From NCBI GenBank assembly GCA_963727525.1, contig CAVSGO010000006.1, forward strand, positions 46,906 to 110,905: a stretch of DNA of 64,000 nucleotides, read 5' to 3'. Below the pieces are notes generated by a model. The model searched no databases. It had not been told where the DNA came from and saw only the letters and a list, made by a program, of their open reading frames with translations. A program made the translations under genes and the position numbers. This DNA is from an uncultured bacterium. Its GTDB lineage: Bacteria; Krumholzibacteriota; Krumholzibacteriia; LZORAL124-64-63. This document shows, one piece after another, positions 57,489-64,000 of the stretch (the stretch's first letter is position 1; every line of letters begins with the position of its first letter).

Positions 57489-58457
57489 ATGCGCACGAAC
57501 GGCGGATCACCAACCTTCCACGTGATGGCCTTGGCCACGTGCACGGTGCTCTGCCTGGGCCTGATCGCCCTCCTTCCCGGAGTGGCAACGGCCCAGGACG
57601 CGATGCGAACGACCGAGACCTGCCTCGGATGCCACGACGGTCAGGCCGCGAACCTGGTGGGGAGTCCTCACCAGATCACGGCACTGACGGACGCGGCCGG
57701 GGCACGCATTGCTTGCACCGACTGTCACAAGGGCCCTGCCAGCCACTGGGAGGACGACCCCGAATCGAATCCAATGGGCAATCCGGCCACGGTCTCGGCC
57801 GATGCGGCGGCGAAGCTTTGCGCCGGTTGCCACGTCAACCCTCACCAGCAATCGATGATGACCGGCGATCCGCACAACACCGCCGGCGTGTCCTGCACGA
57901 GCTGCCACCAGGTGCATGGTGGAGCGAACCGCGCCGATCTGCTGAAGCAGCCGGAGCCCGGTCTCTGCTACAGCTGCCATGGCGCCGTGCAGGGGCAATT
58001 CGCGCAGCCGTCGCGTCATCCCGTCGCCGATGGGGTCATGACGTGCAGCGACTGCCACCTCAAGTCTGCGGACGCGCGCGGTGCGCTCACATGGTCGGGC
58101 ACCAACGCGATGTGCGTGAGCTGCCACGACCAGTTCCAGGGACCGTTTCCCTTCGAGCACCAGGCAACCATGGACTTCTCCACGGAAGAGGGCGGATGTC
58201 TGAGCTGTCACGACCCGCACGGATCGGCCCTGCCGCGTCTGCTCAAGCAGCCGTACGAGTCGCCTCACTACAACCTCTGTACCCAGTGCCACGCGGTTCC
58301 CAAGCACAACTTCAATCAGGAGCACGGCACCGCCTGGGCGGGCGTGGCCTGCACAGAGTGTCACGTCGACGTTCACGGATCCTACGAGAACCGGCTGTTC
58401 CTGACGCCGGCTCTGCGGGCTCAGGGCTGTTCCGCCGTGGGCTGCCACCATTTCTAG
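57489..58457 (+). CDS. Periplasmic decahaem c-type cytochrome (MtrA/OmaB-like size and haem density) (322 aa)
   Basis: ATG 57489 with AGGAGA RBS. Signal peptide MALATCTVLCLGLIALLPGVATAQDA. Ten CxxCH (CLGCH, CTDCH, CAGCH, CTSCH, CYSCH, CSDCH, CVSCH, CLSCH, CTQCH, CTECH) plus a terminal CSAVGCH (Cx4CH). Confidence 0.85.
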   Translation: MRTNGGSPTFHVMALATCTVLCLGLIALLPGVATAQDAMRTTETCLGCHDGQAANLVGSPHQITALTDAAGARIACTDCHKGPASHWEDDPESNPMGNPATVSADAAAKLCAGCHVNPHQQSMMTGDPHNTAGVSCTSCHQVHGGANRADLLKQPEPGLCYSCHGAVQGQFAQPSRHPVADGVMTCSDCHLKSADARGALTWSGTNAMCVSCHDQFQGPFPFEHQATMDFSTEEGGCLSCHDPHGSALPRLLKQPYESPHYNLCTQCHAVPKHNFNQEHGTAWAGVACTECHVDVHGSYENRLFLTPALRAQGCSAVGCHHF

Positions 58458-58469
58458 AAGGGGCGACCA

Positions 58470-60038
58470 ATGCGACGATCGACTGCGACGACAACCTGTC
58501 TGGCTCTGTTGCTGGGCCTGTTGTACGCGGCGCCCGTCCACTGCGCGACGCTGAATGGAACGCTCACGCTCGGAAACATCAGTCTGGACGAGGATGCCGG
58601 CGATCTGTCCGCGATGCAGGAGACGTACAACATCCACGACGGATTCTCCGTCTCGCAGATCCTGCTCAACGGCCAGCTCAGCGACCGGAACATGTTCCAG
58701 CTCGACCTGCGTGAGATCAACCTGGACAGCCGCAAGGGGCTCTTCACCTACCGGCTGGCCGACGTCGGCGACGTGACGGTGCGCTATGACCAGCATCGGC
58801 AGCTCTTCGATGCCGATGGTGCCGTCAGTTCCGAGCGCAAGGATCTGCGCATCGGAGCCAGGGCGGCCATGACACCGTGGCTGCGCGTGTCGGGCAACTA
58901 CAATCACCAGACGCGCGCGGGCGACCGACTGGGCTATCCAGCCGGCAACATCGGCTGGCTGGGCAACGGCTACGACTACACGCTGCAGACCGGCCGCGTG
59001 GAGGCCGAGGTGCATGACCACGTCCGCGGTCTGGCCGTGGGCTACGAGATGTCGGACTATGCCGACACTGAGCACAACGGTACCGACCGCCAGGGCCATG
59101 TGGTCTCGGTGCGTGGTCACATGCCCTGCCTGTTCTTGCCCGATCACGTGTCGCACTACGTGCGCGCGGCGTTCGGCCAGCAGGAACTGGTGGGCAGCGG
59201 CCTGCAGTACGACATGGCGTCATTCCAGTACGTGGGCGTGGTCAAGCCGGTGGATCAGTTCAAGTTCAAGTACGACCTGTACCTGAGCCGCGTGGACGAC
59301 GACGCCACCGATCTGAAGACGGACGACATCCGCAACAACTTCGACCTGACCTACTTCTTCAAGTACGGCCAGGTCTTCGGTGGTTATAGCTACGTGACTG
59401 CCGACGACGACCGCACCCTCACCAGCTCCAATGTCTGGCGTGTGGGAGCGGCGGGCGGCTATCACCATGCGATCCGCGCCAAGGTGAGCTACGCCACGTC
59501 GGACAAGACCGACACCGAGCAGCTCACCTTGCTCAAGGACGTGGAGCAGGACCGTTTCCGGGCGAGCCTGCAGTCGCAACCGGTTGAGAATCTGACGGTC
59601 GGCGCGTCCTATGCCGACCGCACGCGGGAGTTCCCTGTCATCAACGTGAAGGCCACCGGCAAGCAGGTGAGCACCTTCGCGCGGGTGACGGTGCCCGGCT
59701 GGGGCGGCTTCGGTGCCGACTACACCTATAGCCGTGACGAGTATGACGACCTGGTGGCGGGATACGACGCCGAGAGCAACGTCGTGACCGGCCGTGTCGA
59801 CGTGGATTACATCAAGAATCTGCGTCTGTCCGCCGCCGTGTCCTATCTGGATATCGGAAAGGACCTCGATATCGAGAAGTCGATCCTCTCCTTCGAGGGG
59901 CGTTACAACCTGCTCGACGACTATCACATCGAGGTCAAGTACAACGTCTACAACTACGACGACTACATCCTGCTGGACCGCTACTACACGGCCAACGTCG
60001 TGTGGGTGAACATCGGTTACGATTTCTCGGTGGAGTAG
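58470..60038 (+). CDS. Predicted outer-membrane beta-barrel protein (porin-like, MtrB/OmbB-type role inferred from context) (522 aa)
   Basis: AAGGGG RBS. Signal peptide MRRSTATTTCLALLLGLLYAAPVHCA. Long series of amphipathic Y/D/T-rich beta-strand-like segments (VSVRGHM, KFKYDLYLSRV, DLTYFFKYGQVFGGYSYVT, KVSYATSD, HIEVKYNVYNY, ANVVWVNIGYDFSVE). Confidence 0.65.
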   Translation: MRRSTATTTCLALLLGLLYAAPVHCATLNGTLTLGNISLDEDAGDLSAMQETYNIHDGFSVSQILLNGQLSDRNMFQLDLREINLDSRKGLFTYRLADVGDVTVRYDQHRQLFDADGAVSSERKDLRIGARAAMTPWLRVSGNYNHQTRAGDRLGYPAGNIGWLGNGYDYTLQTGRVEAEVHDHVRGLAVGYEMSDYADTEHNGTDRQGHVVSVRGHMPCLFLPDHVSHYVRAAFGQQELVGSGLQYDMASFQYVGVVKPVDQFKFKYDLYLSRVDDDATDLKTDDIRNNFDLTYFFKYGQVFGGYSYVTADDDRTLTSSNVWRVGAAGGYHHAIRAKVSYATSDKTDTEQLTLLKDVEQDRFRASLQSQPVENLTVGASYADRTREFPVINVKATGKQVSTFARVTVPGWGGFGADYTYSRDEYDDLVAGYDAESNVVTGRVDVDYIKNLRLSAAVSYLDIGKDLDIEKSILSFEGRYNLLDDYHIEVKYNVYNYDDYILLDRYYTANVVWVNIGYDFSVE

Positions 60039-60075
60039 CATTCGCGTTCTCGAGTACGAGGCAAGGAGGAAGACA

Positions 60076-61101
60076 ATGTCCGCTCTCAGGAATCTCAGTC
60101 TAATCACGATCGTGCTACTGCTCCTGGTCGGTGTGACCGCATGCGACCGCACGATCACCCGTGTCGAGCAGGTGGCGGATCAGCCCAGCAGCTGCTTCAA
60201 CTGCCATGGCGACGACAACACCGCGCTCATCTCGGCCCAGCTGGCATGGGAGAACTCGCGCCACGCGAGCGGCCTCAATACCAACCGGGCCACGGCCGAC
60301 TGCTCCGGTTGCCATACCGGCGACGGCTTCATCGCGCGCGCCGAAGGGAACATCCCCGAGGCCTACGACAACCCGTCGGTCATCCATTGCTTCACCTGCC
60401 ACGCGCCGCACAGCAACGGCGACTTCGGTCTGCGCTGGACGGAAATGGCCACGCTCGAGGACGGCACCACGTTCGATCTCCACGCTGGCAACCTCTGCGT
60501 GGCTTGCCACCATGCGCGCGACGACGTCAACACCTTCGTGCGCACGGGCGGCGACGTGACGATCAGCAGCACCCACTGGGGTCCGCACCATGGCCCGCAG
60601 GGCGACATGCTGCTGGGCTCCAACGGCTACGAGTACGACAGCTACGGCTACGAGCAGACGCCATACCACCGCACCCTCACCCAGGACGGCTGCGTGGACT
60701 GCCACTTCAAGACCACGCGCAACTTCGTGGTGGGCGGCCACTCGTTCAACATGGAGGCCGATCTCGAGGGCTCCACGGTGCGCAACACCGCGGCCTGCGC
60801 GGCGTGCCACACCGGCCTCAGCGATTTCAACTACAACTCCGTGCAGGACAGCGTGGCCACCATGCTGACGACGCTGGAGACTTCGCTCGAGGATGCGGGC
60901 CTGTTCACCAGTGGCCACCCGGTCGCACAGACCGTGGCCGAGGCCGACGCGGGCGCCATGTGGAACTACCTGCTGGTCGAGGAAGACCGCAGCATGGGCG
61001 TTCACAACTCGAAGTACATCATCGGACTTCTTGACTCTTCCATTCAATATTTGGCGGACAAGAAGTCGGTTGCACCGCTGGCTCTGGTTGACCAAGATTA
61101 G
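60076..61101 (+). CDS. Lipoprotein hexahaem c-type cytochrome (341 aa)
   Basis: AAGGAGGA RBS. Lipoprotein signal LLLLVGVTAC. Six CxxCH (CFNCH, CSGCH, CFTCH, CVACH, CVDCH, CAACH). Confidence 0.85.
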   Translation: MSALRNLSLITIVLLLLVGVTACDRTITRVEQVADQPSSCFNCHGDDNTALISAQLAWENSRHASGLNTNRATADCSGCHTGDGFIARAEGNIPEAYDNPSVIHCFTCHAPHSNGDFGLRWTEMATLEDGTTFDLHAGNLCVACHHARDDVNTFVRTGGDVTISSTHWGPHHGPQGDMLLGSNGYEYDSYGYEQTPYHRTLTQDGCVDCHFKTTRNFVVGGHSFNMEADLEGSTVRNTAACAACHTGLSDFNYNSVQDSVATMLTTLETSLEDAGLFTSGHPVAQTVAEADAGAMWNYLLVEEDRSMGVHNSKYIIGLLDSSIQYLADKKSVAPLALVDQD

Positions 61102-61145
61102 ACCAGACCAGTAGGACTGCGCGAGCAGCATACTCGCTGAATCAC

Positions 61146-61180
61146 ACACGGGCGGGGACGGTCTCCGCCCGTGTTTTCTG
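61146..61180 (+). terminator. Rho-independent terminator: ACACGGGCGG-ggacggtct-CCGCCCGTGT followed by TTTTCTG
   Basis: 10-bp GC-rich perfect stem and T-run, 45 nt after the hexahaem cytochrome stop and 13 nt before the next gene's RBS. Confidence 0.7.
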
Positions 61181-61192
61181 AGAGGGATCACC

Positions 61193-63814
61193 GTGAACTT
61201 GAGAGCTTCACTGCGTGCGCTGGCCGTGTTTATTCTCGCCGCGACACTGTCCAGCATCACCTCTCTCTCCTCGGCGTACGCCGACAACGACACGTGCTTC
61301 ATGTGCCACGACGATGCGTCGCTCAAGAGCGAGTCGGGCAAGTCCGTCGGCGTTCTGGCGAAGTTGTTCGATGCGAGTGTTCACGCCGGCCTGGAGTGCA
61401 CCGACTGCCACACGCAGGACGCGAACTTCGATGACGTGCCGCATTTCTCGCGTTACCAGCCGGTCAATTGCGCGATGTGCCACGAGGACGCGGCGCACAG
61501 CTTCGGATTGAATTTTCACGCCAAGGCGGCTACCCAGGGCAACACCAATGCTCCGAACTGCAAGGACTGCCACGGCGTCGACGGCAATCCCCACGCGATG
61601 CGCGCCCTTACCGCGCGCACGGCGGAGTCGGCGTGCCGACGGTGCCACGCTTCGGAAGCCAAGATCTATGACACCGGTGTGCATGCGATCGCCGACAAGG
61701 GTGGTCGCGAGAGGGCCGGATGCGTGACCTGCCACCAGTCGCACGGCCCGGGTCTGCCGCCCTCGTCCGGCGCCGTGAACGGCCTCTGCGAGAAGTGCCA
61801 CAAGGGCGCCATGGAGGACGTCCAGCGCGGTGGCCACGTGGCCATTGGCGAGGGACTCAACCAGACGCTGAACTGCGCTTCGTGCCACGACGTGCATGGC
61901 ACGCACAAGCCGCACCTGTCCGCGCGCGTGGCCCAGGCGTGCGTCACCTGCCACCAGAAGGAACGCGATGCCTTCATAGGGTCGGTACACGAGACGCTCA
62001 TCGCCGGCGGCACGATGCATTGCCTTTCCTGTCACAGCACGCACAAGGACGAGGCGGCGGCGCGGCAGTACGACGCGGGCTGCGGCAGTTGCCACGGCGA
62101 CGTGGAAAAGATCTACCGCGGTAGCGTGCACCGTTTCGGCCGCTTGCGCGGCGATGACGGTGCCGCGACGTGTGCCAACTGTCACCACGGACACCATATC
62201 CTCCCGGCGACCGATCCGGCGTCGCCGACGAATCGCTTGAACATTCCCAGCACCTGCGGCGAATGCCACACCGATGAGAGCATCGTCACCAAGGACTTCG
62301 TGCGTCTGCCGATCACGCTGCCAAACTACATGAACTCGGTGCACGGCAAGGGGCTCGTGGCGGGCAAACCCACCGCGACCTGCACCGACTGCCATGGCAC
62401 GCACGACCTGCAGACCGCCCAGGATCCGAATTCGAAGATCAATCGGTTCCACATCGCGCAGACGTGCAGCAAGTGCCACGCGGATATCGCGGAGAAATAC
62501 GAGAACTCGATCCACGGCAAGGCTGTGCAGGTGGGTATCGAGGATTCGCCGACCTGCATCGATTGCCACGACGAGCACCTGATCAAGGACGTCAAGGACC
62601 CCACCGCGCGGCAGAATCCAGAGAACATCGCGCGCGAGCTGTGCGGTGACTGCCACAACAACTCGGACATGGTGTCGAAGTACGGCATCGCCGCGGGCGT
62701 CGTGAGCAGCTATCTCGACAGCTACCACGGGTGGGCGATCAGCCGCGGGGGAACCCTCGTGGCCACCTGCGTCGATTGCCACACGACCCACGAGATCCGG
62801 GCCCCGCAGGATCCCGAGTCGTCGGTCTTCGTGGACAACGTGACAAAAACGTGCGGCAAGTGCCACGCGAATGCCAACGAGACGTTTTCCCGCTCTTACA
62901 CGCACGCGGGCGCGCTAGCGGCGCGCGGGCCGCACGGCTGGGCGAAGCTGATCTACCTCATCCTGATCGCCGTGGTGCTTGGCGGCATGGCGCTGCACAA
63001 CTTCGTGATCGCGCGCTTCGAGATCATCAAGCACCGCGTGCGCCGGCGCCGGGAGGCGTACGTCGTGCGCTGGCAGCGCGTGGAGCGCGTGCAGCACCTG
63101 ATCCTGCTCACGTCGTTCTTCGGCCTGGCCATCACCGGCTTCGCGCTGCGCATGCACGACGCCTGGTGGGTCAAGGTGATCGGCCTCGGTGGCTCCGAGT
63201 CGGTGCGCGCCAACCTGCACCGCGCGCTGGCCGTGATCCTCACCGGAGCAGCGTTCTTCCACCTGTGGTGGATCATCGCCACCCGGCGCGGTCGTTACGC
63301 CGTCAAGGAGATGGCGCCCGGCGCGCACGACATCGTGCACTTCATCAAGAACATGGGCTTCCACCTGGGCTTCACGTCCGAGCGACCGAAGTTCCGACGG
63401 TTCGATTACACGCAGAAGGCGGAGTACTGGGCGGTCGTCTGGGGCACCATGGTCATGGCTCTCACCGGGCTCGTGCTGTGGTTCCCCGTGCTGGTGACCA
63501 CCTGGACGCCCGCCTGGGTGGTGCGCGTGGCCGAGGTGGTGCACTACTACGAGGCCATCCTCGCGGTCTCGGCCATCATCATCTGGCACTTCTTCTACGT
63601 CATCTTCATGCCATCGGAGTACCCGGTGAGCACCGTGTGGCTCGACGGCCGCATGCCGGAGCACGACTGGAAGGAATTCCACGCGGCCGAGCACGAGACC
63701 GACGGCGACGCAGTGGTGCAGCAGCCCGGGCCCAGCACCGATCTGCCCGGCATCGCGGTGTTCGTGCCCAAGGCGTTGCGCAGCAAGCGTCCTCCCGACC
63801 CGAAACACGGGTGA
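61193..63814 (+). CDS. Fusion of a 19-haem periplasmic c-type cytochrome domain with a C-terminal membrane dihaem cytochrome b (FdnI/HydC-like); CbcL-like inner-membrane quinol:cytochrome oxidoreductase candidate (873 aa)
   Basis: GTG 61193 with GAGAGGGA RBS. Signal peptide. 19 CxxCH motifs (CFMCH ... CGKCH). Then four TM helices with conserved Arg/His (VVRWQRVERVQHLILLTSFFGLAITGFALRMHD..., HRALAVILTGAAFFHLWW..., EYWAVVWGTMVMALTGLVLWF..., HYYEAILAVSAIIIWHFFYVIF), as in cytochrome b subunits of formate dehydrogenase / NiFe hydrogenase. Confidence 0.85.
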   Translation: MNLRASLRALAVFILAATLSSITSLSSAYADNDTCFMCHDDASLKSESGKSVGVLAKLFDASVHAGLECTDCHTQDANFDDVPHFSRYQPVNCAMCHEDAAHSFGLNFHAKAATQGNTNAPNCKDCHGVDGNPHAMRALTARTAESACRRCHASEAKIYDTGVHAIADKGGRERAGCVTCHQSHGPGLPPSSGAVNGLCEKCHKGAMEDVQRGGHVAIGEGLNQTLNCASCHDVHGTHKPHLSARVAQACVTCHQKERDAFIGSVHETLIAGGTMHCLSCHSTHKDEAAARQYDAGCGSCHGDVEKIYRGSVHRFGRLRGDDGAATCANCHHGHHILPATDPASPTNRLNIPSTCGECHTDESIVTKDFVRLPITLPNYMNSVHGKGLVAGKPTATCTDCHGTHDLQTAQDPNSKINRFHIAQTCSKCHADIAEKYENSIHGKAVQVGIEDSPTCIDCHDEHLIKDVKDPTARQNPENIARELCGDCHNNSDMVSKYGIAAGVVSSYLDSYHGWAISRGGTLVATCVDCHTTHEIRAPQDPESSVFVDNVTKTCGKCHANANETFSRSYTHAGALAARGPHGWAKLIYLILIAVVLGGMALHNFVIARFEIIKHRVRRRREAYVVRWQRVERVQHLILLTSFFGLAITGFALRMHDAWWVKVIGLGGSESVRANLHRALAVILTGAAFFHLWWIIATRRGRYAVKEMAPGAHDIVHFIKNMGFHLGFTSERPKFRRFDYTQKAEYWAVVWGTMVMALTGLVLWFPVLVTTWTPAWVVRVAEVVHYYEAILAVSAIIIWHFFYVIFMPSEYPVSTVWLDGRMPEHDWKEFHAAEHETDGDAVVQQPGPSTDLPGIAVFVPKALRSKRPPDPKHG

Positions 63815-63842
63815 ACGCCCGCTGATTAGTCGCATTCCTCAA

Positions 63843-63878
63843 TGAGGCCCCGGAGATCCTTACCGGGGCCTCTTGATA
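63843..63878 (+). terminator. Rho-independent terminator: GAGGCCCCGG-agatccttac-CCGGGGCCTC followed by TTGATATTCC
   Basis: 10-bp perfect GC stem 29 nt after the stop of the 873-aa cytochrome gene, with a T-rich tail. Confidence 0.6.
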
Positions 63879-64000
63879 TTCCGTTGTCACAGCTGCTGCC
63901 CGGACTCGTAATCTGTGATACCCTGGAGAGCGCCGCGCCTATCGGGAGCGGCGACCTCGCCGGCCTGATGGTGGATCACCCCAATGAAAGGCCACATGAT

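Noticed and set aside
57163-57525. 120-aa and 94-aa ORFs inside the AT-rich island upstream of the decahaem cytochrome
   Set aside because: They lie in the AT-rich non-coding promoter region, overlap each other and the sigma-54-type promoter, and have no RBS or protein-like features.
57489-63814. Alternative reading of the multihaem genes as nitrite/hydroxylamine-reductase-type enzymes (NrfA/HAO) rather than an electron conduit
   Set aside because: There is no CxxCK haem motif or NrfH partner, and an outer-membrane beta-barrel and a lipoprotein cytochrome sit between them. This favours a porin-cytochrome conduit, though not excluded without alignments.

Overview
This is a 64 kb window of very GC-rich (roughly 68-70%) bacterial chromosome with tightly packed genes and no rRNA, tRNA, CRISPR array, transposase or integrase. 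Almost all long reverse-strand 'ORFs' in the six-frame track are stop-free antisense artefacts of the high GC, so I called genes from protein-like composition, RBS-supported starts and recognisable motifs. I support about 48 genes. Six encode secreted proteins that share one C-terminal sorting-type domain (NPFNP ... ending in basic LVR/KVR): two large beta-helix adhesin-like proteins, two S8 subtilases, a HAF-repeat protein and a PQQ sugar dehydrogenase. That domain plus the GC content suggests an uncultured FCB-superphylum-like lineage (inference only). Other modules are an ECF sigma / Ser-Thr kinase-TPR / two TPM-domain proteins unit; a CBM9-DUF5916 outer-membrane protein; a cNMP-DUF4388 / 662-aa hypothetical / HD-GYP signalling locus; and a Cys-type sulfatase flanked by both FGE and an anaerobic radical-SAM maturase. 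The speA / ABC-F block, a CDF transporter, and an Rrf2 - polyferredoxin - type III PKS - Crp locus follow. A sbp-cysTWA sulfate transporter operon (sbp frameshifted) sits divergent to a GAF sigma-54 activator. An rnfCDGEAB operon is preceded by a membrane-anchored octahaem cytochrome and ends in an RnfB-GltD fusion, with rnfE frameshifted and rnfG possibly so. The most interesting region is 57.1-63.8 kb: a sigma-54-type promoter followed by a decahaem periplasmic cytochrome, an outer-membrane beta-barrel, a lipoprotein hexahaem cytochrome, and a 19-haem cytochrome c fused to a membrane dihaem cytochrome b. Together these look like a complete, undescribed porin-cytochrome extracellular electron transfer conduit with its own quinol-oxidising module. 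Other notable signals are a ~183-bp imperfect hairpin in the divergent promoter region upstream of the CDF gene, several perfect palindromes, and three +1 frameshifts that share a CAGGTC/AGGT context.
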